A DNA stretch of 64,000 bases from positions 28,041 to 92,040 of the IMG/VR virus record IMGVR_UViG_3300037067_008637. One strand, given 5' to 3'. The translations under genes and the position numbers were made by a program. The notes under the pieces are model-generated. The model was not told the origin of the DNA. It searched no databases and saw nothing but the letters and a program-made list of their open reading frames with translations. The stretch comes from a virus (taxonomy: Duplodnaviria; Caudoviricetes). Within the stretch, counting starts at the first letter, position 1, and each line of letters starts with the position of its first letter. Of the stretch, positions 38,903-48,783 are shown in pieces.

Positions 38903-39397
38903 CTACAACTCAGAAACTTTTCTAATCAGTTCCTGTTTAAGTTCAGAAATATCCGCCTCTCCAACTGTTATATCTCGTTGAATCTCCTCTAATTTGGATT
39001 TCAACTCACTCAGTTGATTTTCCATTCTCTCCAATTCACTGAGCTTATTTTTTATATCCTGAATCTCGTCATCTTCATCTTGAACTCCAACAACGACAGA
39101 TGTTGCATTCATAAAATCAGCAGACAGATCCTTTTTATATACACCAATCTTTAGAGGTTCAACTACATGATTGCCCTGTGAAACTAGTCCCGTAATATGA
39201 TCTACATCTTTCTTTATCTTCTTAATATATCGAAGATATCGACTTTTGAATGCCGCATATGCCGGAGCATTTTTTGTATGCTTGACTAGCTTATTATAGA
39301 TATATTCATAATCTTTACCTTCTTCCCGAAGAAGAAACGCCTTCTCTAAAATAACCGGCCACATATCTAGTTGCTTACCCATTTTGATTTTCTCCAT
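38903..39397 (-). CDS. Hypothetical coiled-coil protein
   Basis: C-terminal heptad repeats. Confidence 0.5.
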   Translation of the reverse strand: MEKIKMGKQLDMWPVILEKAFLLREEGKDYEYIYNKLVKHTKNAPAYAAFKSRYLRYIKKIKKDVDHITGLVSQGNHVVEPLKIGVYKKDLSADFMNATSVVVGVQDEDDEIQDIKNKLSELERMENQLSELKSKLEEIQRDITVGEADISELKQELIRKVSEL

Positions 39398-39803
39398 AAT
39401 GCTTTTCGCTGTGGCTATGGTGATTTTGAGGATCTACATCATCAACTACAAAAGCAACGGCGGTTACTTTTGGTCCCCAATTTTTCTCACCATATACTTC
39501 ATCCAATTGAGCAACAAGTCCATCGAACGTTCTACAATCTGGATCGTGCTCAAATGCTGTTAGATATTCCACTTGATATTGCCAATGTTTAATATCCAAC
39601 AATTCCGTCATAAATACTCGGGCATTGTTAATTACAGTACCAGCAGGATCTAACATTAGAATGGTATCTCCTGGATTCAATACTTCTTTCCATTTTGATC
39701 CATTTCTAAACGTGACATTGATTCCCTTCCTAAAGTGGGAAGAGTTAAAAATCATTTTATGATCCTGCATACCTTTTGCTTCTGCTGCTTTACAGAGTGG
39801 CAT
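39375..39803 (-). CDS. Hypothetical protein, possibly ASCH/PUA-like
   Basis: G..VTFR....PGD.I pattern (weak). Confidence 0.45.
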   Translation of the reverse strand: MPLCKAAEAKGMQDHKMIFNSSHFRKGINVTFRNGSKWKEVLNPGDTILMLDPAGTVINNARVFMTELLDIKHWQYQVEYLTAFEHDPDCRTFDGLVAQLDEVYGEKNWGPKVTAVAFVVDDVDPQNHHSHSEKHYGENQNG

Positions 39804-39853
39804 ATCATATCTCCTTAATTGTGTCGAGAGTTTTCCTCTCTATTTTTGAAGCA

Positions 39854-40141
39854 CTATTCTTCTGATTGTTTTCCGGATCTCGCTGCCAATACAGCTTTTC
39901 CAGTTTTTTCCATAATGTCTAAACGAGTATAATAGTCAGGAAGTTCTTCAAGATGTGCCGCAACAATTTTGCCTGTTTTATACGGGCAATCCCCCGTTAC
40001 ATTCCATTTAGGATATCTTGTCCCATGTTCCAACTCAACAGAAATTCCTTTCCTAAATTCTTCAATCTCAAACTTCTTCCAATCAACTCCAATTCTGTCT
40101 CCAATTTCTTTAGCTTCTGGAGTAGTGAATTCTTTTCTCAT
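39854..40141 (-). CDS. DUF5661-like protein
   Basis: FRKGISVELEH...AHLEELPDYYTRL. Confidence 0.7.
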   Translation of the reverse strand: MRKEFTTPEAKEIGDRIGVDWKKFEIEEFRKGISVELEHGTRYPKWNVTGDCPYKTGKIVAAHLEELPDYYTRLDIMEKTGKAVLAARSGKQSEE

Positions 40142-40181
40142 CGTTGTATCCTCATTGGTTGCAATTGCAATTTTTCCTCAT

Positions 40182-41249
40182 CTAGATATCATATATTGGG
40201 CAATGAAAGTTACCAGTTAATTTTCTAGCAATCATCTTATTACGCCACTTGACAATCACACCGGAATACCAAACATCTACCAGAAAATCATTACAATTAA
40301 CTACATCAATTCCATCTATGAAATCATCATGAGCTTTCTCACAGAAACTACAAGGAAAGTATTTACCGTCCACATTGATATAAGACGAGAACATTCCAAA
40401 CGATTCACAGGGTTCAATACAATACATGTCCATAGGAGTAGCTGCACCAGAAGACAAATACCAAGGAGAAGAACAACTATCAAACCCAATAGCTACTTTC
40501 TTTTCTTGGGCATGTTCTACTAACTTACGCCATTCCTCTGTATCTCTGAGAGGTGTTTGAGTGTTGCGTTCACCTTTGGGCTTTAGCAACAAGAACACAA
40601 TGGCATTCAGCTTGACAAGCCTTGGATCGGTTGTTGCATCATCGATAGTCTTATGGCATTGAGCTAACTTCTCAACCGAAAGAATTTGGTGAATATTTAC
40701 CTGCTTCATTCCACGATTGGTAAGTTCCTGAATTGCATCATAACAAATATCCCCATAATTACTAACCGCAATTGCACCACAAAGCTCCGCAAACTGATCA
40801 AACTCCTCTGCCGTAGCTTTTCCATTAATAGTAATGTTCGGCGCTACATTTGGATTGTAATCATTTTCTCGACAATAACGCATGATCCTAAACAAATCTT
40901 CGTTTGCAGAAACATCTCCAATTCCAAATGCAATCTGACTAACAGTCAGAGGAAGCTTATGGAATATCTGTTTGAATGTTTCAAACGACATATTTGTTCC
41001 TACTGATGTGTTTGTCTTATAGCATTCCCGGCAGGGTTTACCATAAGGACCAGAGCACACCGTACTTATCTCCATATCACAAATCTCTGGGCCATAAGGA
41101 GAAAACAGAGGATCATCCTTTTTGTTTACTCCCCAACGAACAAAAAATCCAGTCTTCTCATCCATGATCCAATTGTATGTATCCGACTTAAACATTTTCT
41201 TTCCATCAATACTTTGCACATGTTCATTAGCTACTTGCATGTTAATCAT
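40182..41249 (-). CDS. Radical SAM protein with SPASM/Twitch-type C-terminus
   Basis: CSGPYGKPCRECY (CX7CX2C); C-terminal CES...YINVDGKYFPCSFC and CP. Confidence 0.85.
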   Translation of the reverse strand: MINMQVANEHVQSIDGKKMFKSDTYNWIMDEKTGFFVRWGVNKKDDPLFSPYGPEICDMEISTVCSGPYGKPCRECYKTNTSVGTNMSFETFKQIFHKLPLTVSQIAFGIGDVSANEDLFRIMRYCRENDYNPNVAPNITINGKATAEEFDQFAELCGAIAVSNYGDICYDAIQELTNRGMKQVNIHQILSVEKLAQCHKTIDDATTDPRLVKLNAIVFLLLKPKGERNTQTPLRDTEEWRKLVEHAQEKKVAIGFDSCSSPWYLSSGAATPMDMYCIEPCESFGMFSSYINVDGKYFPCSFCEKAHDDFIDGIDVVNCNDFLVDVWYSGVIVKWRNKMIARKLTGNFHCPIYDI

Positions 41250-41291
41250 TTTAATTTTCTTTCTTGTTTTTCAACAGTTGTTTTTTCGTAC

Positions 41292-42156
41292 TTATCCAAA
41301 AATTCTTTCCGGTAGAGTTTTTCCAAACCAAGTAAACCCCGACGCTTGCTTGTGTCCACCTCCACCAAAACTTGCACACAACTCGGATACATCAATGCCT
41401 TTTTTATCTGTATACATGCTGAATTTCCAATCAGTTCCATTGAAATAAAAACTCAGCATTATATCATACTTATCAGAATCCCAAACACTTTCAAATGTCA
41501 ACGAACTTACAAGTGCTCTATTTAGAGCAATACATTTATACTTTCCATCAAGAGTACATTCGAATGATGTTCTGCACGCCATTTTATCAGAATTCTCAAC
41601 ATACTTCTGGATGATCTTTCCATCTTGTATAAGTTCTTTTATACGAGGAACATCATTTGCTATAAGCTTTTGCCAAATACCAGAATCTATTCCTGTATAT
41701 TTTGAATCTAATCCATAATGAAATGGTTTTGTATCCTCGTCATGATTCCAAATATCATAATTTGATACTAACTGAATTCCCCCATGGAACTTCTCCATCG
41801 TGTCCTATTGGAACCCCAAACCATTTATATGTCAGATAGCAGGCGGCGTGATTCGTTAATCTATAACCGATTGGCTCAAACTTCGCATTTTCTGCTTCTT
41901 TTATTTTAGAAAGATGATGATCAATCCAAATCATATGGCAACGGTGATTCAAATCTTGCATCTCATTCCAAGCAAACGAAATGTCCAAAATATACACAGT
42001 AGAGCCATTTGGAATACCATCAAAATCATATGGGTCATCATGATTATATCCAACCATCATTGGTTCTATGCTCCGCTTCCTTAAAAAGTGTTGGCAAATT
42101 GCTCCGGACAATCTTCCATCATGATCTGCTTTGTGATAAAATACATATGTTTTCAT
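41292..42156 (-). pseudogene. DHH/DHHA1 phosphoesterase split by a one-base frameshift
   Basis: YH.ADHDG, ILD and WIDHH in the 5' ORF; YDIW and GGGGHKQASGF in the 3' ORF; removing one G of the G5 run (41779-41783) fuses them. Confidence 0.8.
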
Positions 42157-42433
42157 TTGTTTCCTCTTTGACTTTCTCGAAAGAACATTCATCTTTTTTT
42201 CTTTCTTCTGCTCTAGTAACAGTACACATCATCGTTGGGATAATTGGTTGAGGAGAAATCATCACTTTGTATCTTATCGATCCTGTAAGATGATATTGTT
42301 TGACATAATCATATGCAACCTTCTTACAGTCTCCAAAGCAAACATCTCCCACTAGTTTTATCACTTCTATAGTTACTGGTGTTCCGGATGATGTATCAAT
42401 AATTGGAATTACAAAATAATCGGATTCATTCAT
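42119..42433 (-). CDS. Hypothetical protein
   Basis: Coupled ORF. Confidence 0.45.
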   Translation of the reverse strand: MNESDYFVIPIIDTSSGTPVTIEVIKLVGDVCFGDCKKVAYDYVKQYHLTGSIRYKVMISPQPIIPTMMCTVTRAEERKKDECSFEKVKEETNENICILSQSRS

Positions 42434-42777
42434 AACTCATCATCCTCCGGAGAAATATGAAGATTGAAATGATCAACACATTCGTCCTCTCCAATTTCAT
42501 TTAGAATTTTAGGTATTCCATAATAATCTACAGCATCACTTAAATCGATATAGGATAGAGCTTCTTTTACTCCATATTCATCTACAACATCTTGAACGGA
42601 AACATATTCAACGGCACAATCCATAGTAATCATTTCCCTTCGTTCTGCTTCTTCATTAAACCATTCATCTTTATCAAAAACTTTTTCAACAAGTTTTTCA
42701 CAAAGATCTGGATTATCCGATACAATATCTTCAATGTCATCTTCCAATGCTGTTATTATATCACCATTCTCATACAT
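42430..42777 (-). CDS. Acidic hypothetical protein
   Basis: Short internal repeat V(D/E)(E/Y)YG. Confidence 0.5.
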   Translation of the reverse strand: MYENGDIITALEDDIEDIVSDNPDLCEKLVEKVFDKDEWFNEEAERREMITMDCAVEYVSVQDVVDEYGVKEALSYIDLSDAVDYYGIPKILNEIGEDECVDHFNLHISPEDDEL

Positions 42778-43007
42778 ATCAAGTAACTCAGAAAATTTCC
42801 AAAAGGATGATATTTTTCATCTGTTATTTCAGATAAAAGCGTATCTTCTCCGATCATCTCTATTAAATCTTCTGTGTCTATTGACTGAAGAATTTCTTGG
42901 AATTGTTCTCTAGTAACTGCTATTCCCATCTCTTTATCAATGATTATATCATCTGCTGATATTTTCTGTGGTGGTTCATTCTTCTTTTGTGAGTTTTCCA
43001 TTTTCAA
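42756..43007 (-). CDS. Hypothetical protein
   Basis: ORF in a dense gene run. Confidence 0.4.
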   Translation of the reverse strand: MKMENSQKKNEPPQKISADDIIIDKEMGIAVTREQFQEILQSIDTEDLIEMIGEDTLLSEITDEKYHPFGNFLSYLICMRMVI

Positions 43008-43011
43008 TTCC

Positions 43012-43221
43012 TTAGGATATGGAGTTGATTCGATTAACGAGTTCTTCCATCCATTCTAAAAATTCTGTTGCATGTTCATCTTTGATAAACTGTGCCATTG
43101 GTGTAATTACACCATCCTTTTTCCTATACAATGATACTTTTTTTCTGTCTGGAAGTTTTGCAAATCCATATCGAATTTCTTCCCCATGCTTCTTTATCTC
43201 TATACCTTGAAATTCTTTCAT
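43012..43221 (-). CDS. Hypothetical protein
   Basis: ORF in a dense gene run. Confidence 0.45.
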   Translation of the reverse strand: MKEFQGIEIKKHGEEIRYGFAKLPDRKKVSLYRKKDGVITPMAQFIKDEHATEFLEWMEELVNRINSIS

Positions 43222-43222
43222 G

Positions 43223-43453
43223 TTATGAAATCTTTCTATAATCTTTTAGGAAATTCATTCCGGATTGACAACTGTACCCTTTGAGAATGTTTTTCAATAT
43301 GGTTGAAATGCACGATGGACACAAATCAATCTCTTGAACAATTGTTTCCATTCCACCTGCTCCATCAGGTTTTCTATCTGTATCTACTTGGAACGTCCTG
43401 CAATGTTGATCAATCATTCCACAATTATCACATTTGATCTGAGTTACTTTCAT
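43223..43453 (-). CDS. Small zinc-finger protein
   Basis: CDNC ... DLCPSC. Confidence 0.55.
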   Translation of the reverse strand: MKVTQIKCDNCGMIDQHCRTFQVDTDRKPDGAGGMETIVQEIDLCPSCISTILKNILKGYSCQSGMNFLKDYRKIS

Positions 43454-44141
43454 CTATCGCAATCCTTTCTAATTGATATCTGTTTGTCATTGCTTCTATT
43501 TTTAGATACCAGGCTCTTCCATCTCGGGTGACGTGTGTATTTCTTTTTGGCCCCCAATAATCCTCTACTTCCATATAATAACCTGCAAGCGTTTTGGTCC
43601 AAATTGATTGATGAGGATCTTGTATACAATTGAATATTTCAGTATGTGCATCAATCAAAAACTTTTGAAAACAAAGAGGATTGGACTGATCAATATCAGA
43701 CGGTGCCGCTTTAGCATTAATTGCTTTGAAGACTTCTTCAAAATCAGGAACAATTATATGCATCTTGCAAAAGGATCGTGATATTTCATACAGAAAATAA
43801 AACAGCTCATATAATCTATCATATGGGATGTGTTCCATTACTCTTTCTGCATAGATAAAATCAATATCTCTGGAAGGATAACTGGATACAAAATCAAAAA
43901 TGTTATCTGGACATAAAATCACATGTGATTCTTCTTCAATGGACTTTCTATAATCCTCACTATATTTTGCATAGGATGAATCTACACAAATGATTGGATC
44001 ATATGATTGCCCAGCACTTTCTGTTGGTCCTGGAATTCTGATAGTTTTCTCTTGTTGTGTATGGGCTTTTTCAAATTGAACATCATTAAAATTCACCCAT
44101 TTACACCAATCTTTTCCCGCCCCTAACACTAAAACCGCCAT
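43428..44141 (-). CDS. Class I SAM methyltransferase-like protein
   Basis: VLVLGAG, DFIYAERVMEHIP, IIVPD. Confidence 0.6.
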   Translation of the reverse strand: MAVLVLGAGKDWCKWVNFNDVQFEKAHTQQEKTIRIPGPTESAGQSYDPIICVDSSYAKYSEDYRKSIEEESHVILCPDNIFDFVSSYPSRDIDFIYAERVMEHIPYDRLYELFYFLYEISRSFCKMHIIVPDFEEVFKAINAKAAPSDIDQSNPLCFQKFLIDAHTEIFNCIQDPHQSIWTKTLAGYYMEVEDYWGPKRNTHVTRDGRAWYLKIEAMTNRYQLERIAIDESNSDQM

Positions 44142-44586
44142 GGTGTTTCTCCCATATCTCTACTTCAATAGGTAGATCATTTAGTTTTTCTTTCATCAAA
44201 TCCACTACAGTATTTCTCTCCAATCCTCCAAGGCCTGCACCCAATACAGGAAATGCAATCCTCTTAATATTCCATGATTCATATTTTGCAACAAAATCAT
44301 TTAATCCTTCCTCGACATATTCAAGACGACTAGGATTCTTCCAATGATTTTTCGTAGGAAAAAAGAGTATGGACGGAGATCTAAAGAATGGATCTCTGTA
44401 CAGGATCACATTTCCTGTACGATACTTTTTTTGTTTCATATCTAACCAATACAAATTTTCACACCACGAATATTTTTCTTTAAACTGTTTTGCGAGTCCT
44501 GCACCCATGACTCCAACACAGTTTACGGGGTTCACAAGAACATCTGCTCTGCTTGTGAATATATCCCCTTCATGAATTATTACCAT
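44101..44586 (-). CDS. Macrodomain ADP-ribosylhydrolase (DarG-like)
   Basis: GDIF, VNPVNCVGVMGAGLA, FPTKNHW, FPVLGAGLGGL. Confidence 0.88.
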   Translation of the reverse strand: MVIIHEGDIFTSRADVLVNPVNCVGVMGAGLAKQFKEKYSWCENLYWLDMKQKKYRTGNVILYRDPFFRSPSILFFPTKNHWKNPSRLEYVEEGLNDFVAKYESWNIKRIAFPVLGAGLGGLERNTVVDLMKEKLNDLPIEVEIWEKHHGGFSVRGGKRLV

Positions 44587-45062
44587 TTTTTTGCTTTCAG
44601 TTCCTCGATGATATTTAAAATCATCTGCATCGTATCATGATGTAATTGCATTCGATTGAAATTCTTATCTAGCCATTTCCAATTATTTGGATCAGGCCAA
44701 TGTCCTTCGTATGCTCGACTTGCACCCAACCAATCTGCAACCATTTCTCTGACTGCCCACTCCGGCATAGGTACCGGTTCGTTCTCTCTCCAATTTGTAT
44801 CTTCCAATGATTTGCAATGCAACGTCCTTGGAACCCAATATTCCCAATGATGCCTGTGTGTATTTTGATGAGCCAACCATACAAAAGCAAACTTTTTAGG
44901 TGCATCTTTTTTTCCGAAGAATTGCTTATTGTAATGATATAGATTATATGGAAGAAGTTTGGACCAATCATGAATAATTAAACTCCACAACGGAGCTTTT
45001 GTAGAAAACCCTGCAATAAAAACGAACCATTTATGTTTCAATGTTAAAAGAAAATACTTCAA
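44580..45062 (-). CDS. HD-like (DUF5662-type) protein
   Basis: HK..V, HDWSK, H...HRHHWEYW, EMVADW. Confidence 0.65.
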   Translation of the reverse strand: MKYFLLTLKHKWFVFIAGFSTKAPLWSLIIHDWSKLLPYNLYHYNKQFFGKKDAPKKFAFVWLAHQNTHRHHWEYWVPRTLHCKSLEDTNWRENEPVPMPEWAVREMVADWLGASRAYEGHWPDPNNWKWLDKNFNRMQLHHDTMQMILNIIEELKAKKW

Positions 45063-45063
45063 C

Positions 45064-45285
45064 TTAATTCTCCTTCACGAAGATCAATTTACCATCCGAA
45101 ATATTCAAACTATATCCCTTATATGAAAATCCGTCAGATATAATTTCTTCGAAATGATATTCAGGCATCTTATCACTTGTTCCAATATTCAAGGACTCAG
45201 GTGGAATATTCTCTTCCAATATTCGATCTACACACATTTTGAGAAGAACAATTGCTTCTCCCCTGATATCTCGTTCAAAAGCCAT
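45064..45285 (-). CDS. Hypothetical protein
   Basis: AGGAG RBS. Confidence 0.45.
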   Translation of the reverse strand: MAFERDIRGEAIVLLKMCVDRILEENIPPESLNIGTSDKMPEYHFEEIISDGFSYKGYSLNISDGKLIFVKEN

Positions 45286-45294
45286 TTGTTTCTC

Positions 45295-45621
45295 CTAGAC
45301 GGGAGATTCTGTCATCATTCCCGGCGTTTCTTGTACTAATTGCGTCAACTTGTCTGCAACAAAAGCGTGTGAATCTGTGATAAAATACGTTCCATTTTTG
45401 TATATTCCTATCTGAACTGCAAGCAATCCGGATAGTTTAAATTGTACTGTATGAAAAACTAGAAAATCATTCAATTCTTCTACTTCATCTGCTATGGAAG
45501 TGATGACGTATTCATCTACTGGAAATTCTCTTTTTAAGAAAGTAAACACTCGCATACAACGATATGCTGCAAGTCCATCAAATAATCCGGTTATCCCCGG
45601 TAAACGTCTATCATCTTTCAT
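45295..45621 (-). CDS. Hypothetical protein
   Basis: GAGGTG RBS. Confidence 0.45.
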   Translation of the reverse strand: MKDDRRLPGITGLFDGLAAYRCMRVFTFLKREFPVDEYVITSIADEVEELNDFLVFHTVQFKLSGLLAVQIGIYKNGTYFITDSHAFVADKLTQLVQETPGMMTESPV

Positions 45622-45632
45622 AGCAAATCACC

Positions 45633-46154
45633 TCAGTGTTGATTCTGATACAAATCCTCAAGTATTTTCAACGATCCATCCTGTTCTAACTTGATTCTGA
45701 AAAATTCTCCTATCGTTGGATGCGTTGGAGATTTTATCAAAGTCATTCCTGCTTCTCTCGGTATCCTATTTCTCTTGTGCGTATTGCATTCAGCACAACT
45801 AGTTACAACATTTTCAAATTCGTCTTTTCCTCCACGAGAACGAGGAATTACATGATCAATTGTTGGATGGCCTTTGACATTTTTCCCACAGTACATGCAA
45901 CTATATCTATCTCGAGTGAAAACATTTCTCTTGCAATATCTCAATGATCGTTTGTAGATACTTCTGATTGTTTTTATGAGGCGAAGTATTCGTGGAATCA
46001 AAAATGGTTGTTTACCATTTGCGCTATTGATGGACAGATACTGATCTCCAAACGGTTCAACAACTCCACGCATTAGAAGGTTCACCGCTTTTCTCCACGA
46101 AATCGTATCGTACGGCATATAATTTCCATTCAGAAGTATCACATTATCTCTCAT
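45633..46154 (-). CDS. HNH endonuclease
   Basis: RDRYSCMYCG, TIDHVIPRSRGG, NVVTSCAECN. Confidence 0.9.
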   Translation of the reverse strand: MRDNVILLNGNYMPYDTISWRKAVNLLMRGVVEPFGDQYLSINSANGKQPFLIPRILRLIKTIRSIYKRSLRYCKRNVFTRDRYSCMYCGKNVKGHPTIDHVIPRSRGGKDEFENVVTSCAECNTHKRNRIPREAGMTLIKSPTHPTIGEFFRIKLEQDGSLKILEDLYQNQH

Positions 46155-46214
46155 TGTGTTCACCTCACCGCTAGGATCTCCTTGTTCCGTAGTTGACAAT
46201 TTTTCCTTTTGAGG

Positions 46215-46541
46215 TTAGATGTGCTCAAATATCTCTTCAATTGAACCCCATCCTTCATCATTTTCTTTCCCAACTCTCAAATCAATATTTTGGATAAAGT
46301 CTGAAATTCGTATACGAAAGAAAACCAATTGAGGAGGAACAGTCATGCACACACCGCTCAAACAAATTTCATCTTCTAATGTATTGATGCCACTCAACAA
46401 TGTAGGAAGACTTTCTAAGGAACCAGAACGAACAATCCATGGCACTTTATCATTCATCATACTAGCAGGATACATCCCATCGACATACAAAAAATGATTT
46501 GGTTTCAATGTTTCAGACGGATCGAATCGTTCTTCATCCAT
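46215..46541 (-). CDS. Hypothetical protein
   Basis: ORF overlapping the end of HPRT. Confidence 0.45.
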   Translation of the reverse strand: MDEERFDPSETLKPNHFLYVDGMYPASMMNDKVPWIVRSGSLESLPTLLSGINTLEDEICLSGVCMTVPPQLVFFRIRISDFIQNIDLRVGKENDEGWGSIEEIFEHI

Positions 46542-47077
46542 TTGTATATCCCCCGAAGGTTACGATACTTCTCATCGTAATCCATTCCGTATCCTACTAA
46601 GAAATCATTTTCCGTTACTGCGCCAATTAATGTCGGATAAACTTCAGGATATCCTACAGCTTTTGGATTCTGCTTGAATACTGCTACAGAATAAACAAGT
46701 GATAATGGTTTTCTGTGCCTAAGATTGTTATCGATGATATTAAACGTTCTTCCCGAATCATATACATCATCAATAACTATAACATGCTTTCCTTTGATAT
46801 CTTTATCCTTTAAACCATGCATGTCAATATCTACATATTGAGATGATTCTATTGCTCCATGATAACTAAATGTTTGAATATAATGTATAGTTATTGGATG
46901 AGTAACATAGGATAACAAATCTTTGGACCACGGAACACCACCTTTCAAAACAACAAGACACACAATTCCATCCTTGTATTCTTTTGTATTATTAATCTCG
47001 GACGCAACTCTTTTTGCATGTATTTGTAAAATTTGGTGAGAAATAAGCAATTCCATAAAAGATATTTCCTTTTGCAA
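46505..47077 (-). CDS. hpt: Hypoxanthine(-guanine) phosphoribosyltransferase
   Basis: VLKGG, VIVIDDVYDSGRT PRPP loop, FLVGYGMDY...YRNL. Confidence 0.9.
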   Translation of the reverse strand: MQKEISFMELLISHQILQIHAKRVASEINNTKEYKDGIVCLVVLKGGVPWSKDLLSYVTHPITIHYIQTFSYHGAIESSQYVDIDMHGLKDKDIKGKHVIVIDDVYDSGRTFNIIDNNLRHRKPLSLVYSVAVFKQNPKAVGYPEVYPTLIGAVTENDFLVGYGMDYDEKYRNLRGIYKWMKNDSIRLKH

Positions 47078-47078
47078 A

Positions 47079-47453
47079 TTAATGCAACCACTTCAACAAT
47101 TTGACGGATTTTGCAAGAACTGTTCCATCCGGTAAATCGTCTCTTTTGTCATATTTGTTTTTGGACCAAAATAAGTGAATCCCGCGACTTGGAACGTATT
47201 CACATTCATATAGTCGGATGTTTCTTCTGTTACAGTCATTCCCATAACTACAAGAAAATTTGTAGAGGAATGTTCGTGCCGATAATTTATCTTCAAATAC
47301 TGCCAAAGGACCCATCCCTATCCTAGGAAACACCCAGGATTGAAAATAATATCTAATTGATCCCTTGAATCCAAGATATTTCAATTTAAACGTCAACGAA
47401 TATAATTTGTGCCCAGATTCGTAAACGATTTTGTATCCTATTTTTGTTTTCAT
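47079..47453 (-). CDS. Hypothetical protein
   Basis: Basic 124 aa ORF. Confidence 0.45.
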   Translation of the reverse strand: MKTKIGYKIVYESGHKLYSLTFKLKYLGFKGSIRYYFQSWVFPRIGMGPLAVFEDKLSARTFLYKFSCSYGNDCNRRNIRLYECEYVPSRGIHLFWSKNKYDKRDDLPDGTVLAKSVKLLKWLH

Positions 47454-47517
47454 TATGATAGTCCTTTTTGTTGTTTTTGATTTCTTGAATATTGGGATGA
47501 TGCTGCTTCGATTTCAA

Positions 47518-48342
47518 CTATTCTCTAACTCTCGTTCCGCAATTGCCACACCAACGAGCCTTAGTAGTTTTCCCGCACGTTGGACATTTCATCTTCACTG
47601 TTACAGGCTCCTCAATCCTCCCGCATTCTTCACTGCTGGCACCTACAAGCTTGAGTACAATAACATGCTTCTCCTGCTCAAGATTGCCCACATGAACCTT
47701 GTAGAAATTTTGGGAGGAATCACCACCTTGCACGGTTATTCCGTCCTGATTTTGAGAAGACTGAAAGATGGCTGTAGAAGAGTTGCCTCCTCCATCCATC
47801 ATTATATTGTCTCCAGACGAACATAACGTGGAAGATCCATATGTAATTTCATATGGAAACTGAAACCGATTCTTCCAATAGTCCGTTGGCCAATTCCAAT
47901 CATGCGGATAGTGGTGATAATGGTGTTCTTCTGTTATCTTAATCTGAGGCGTATAGAACTCAACAGATTCATATTGATATTCAATCCGAACAATCCCATC
48001 ATCAATTCTATCACCACGATGCTCACTAATCTCTTGGGTCTTTTCAATGAACTTGAATTTGTATCCTTTGGTTCTTCCATCAATGAATCTTTCTAAATCA
48101 CACGACTCATTGGGACCGATTACCAAAGACTCTCCCACGCTAACTCCATCAATTGTTATACTAACAACTGATCGTTTCGAACTTAGATTCTTCATGTAGA
48201 TAGAATATTCAGTTCCGAATGGAATATGAACACAACCATCTTTTGTTTCCCGAAGAATCTGCCCGAGTTTGGTACCACTGTTTACCTTAATAGCCGCTAC
48301 AAATTGTTCGCTGTATACCATAACGATTCCTTTCAGACTCAC
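47518..48342 (-). CDS. Hypothetical protein with C-terminal zinc ribbon
   Basis: CPTCG...CGNCG. Confidence 0.55.
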   Translation of the reverse strand: MSLKGIVMVYSEQFVAAIKVNSGTKLGQILRETKDGCVHIPFGTEYSIYMKNLSSKRSVVSITIDGVSVGESLVIGPNESCDLERFIDGRTKGYKFKFIEKTQEISEHRGDRIDDGIVRIEYQYESVEFYTPQIKITEEHHYHHYPHDWNWPTDYWKNRFQFPYEITYGSSTLCSSGDNIMMDGGGNSSTAIFQSSQNQDGITVQGGDSSQNFYKVHVGNLEQEKHVIVLKLVGASSEECGRIEEPVTVKMKCPTCGKTTKARWCGNCGTRVRE

Positions 48343-48400
48343 CGTCTAAGAGTCTTCATTTTTAAAGACGGTAGTTCAGCAGCATCATCCCAAAAATTGT

Positions 48401-48766
48401 TTAGTCGACATCATCCATATCGAAACAAACTGTCAGTTCTTTTGTCGGTCCGGCATTTGAGGAAGTTATTGTAAATTCAAATGTTGTAGTAATTCCATTT
48501 ACTGTCATCTTTGGTACAGAAACTTTATCAATATCCGGTAGCATAGCCAACGCAATACACAAGTCATTTCTAAATTGATTTACATTAAATTCCTTGGTTG
48601 GCATTTTCTCTTCACAATACCGATTAGTAAATTGAACTGTCCACATTTGCATCACTTCTGCAAATACACATTCCGTTGTATCATCTATAGGTAATGGTTG
48701 GTAATGTTCACCCAATCGATTCATCATAGATGCATTATCAATTAGCCAGTTCAACCATTTCCACAT
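48401..48766 (-). CDS. Hypothetical protein
   Basis: GGAGG RBS. Confidence 0.45.
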   Translation of the reverse strand: MWKWLNWLIDNASMMNRLGEHYQPLPIDDTTECVFAEVMQMWTVQFTNRYCEEKMPTKEFNVNQFRNDLCIALAMLPDIDKVSVPKMTVNGITTTFEFTITSSNAGPTKELTVCFDMDDVD

Positions 48767-48783
48767 ACGATTTGCCCTCCAAG

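Noticed and set aside
40182-41249. Radical SAM as QueE completing the preQ0 pathway
   Set aside because: Longer than QueE, has a SPASM-like tail and lacks the QueE N-terminal QGEG motif
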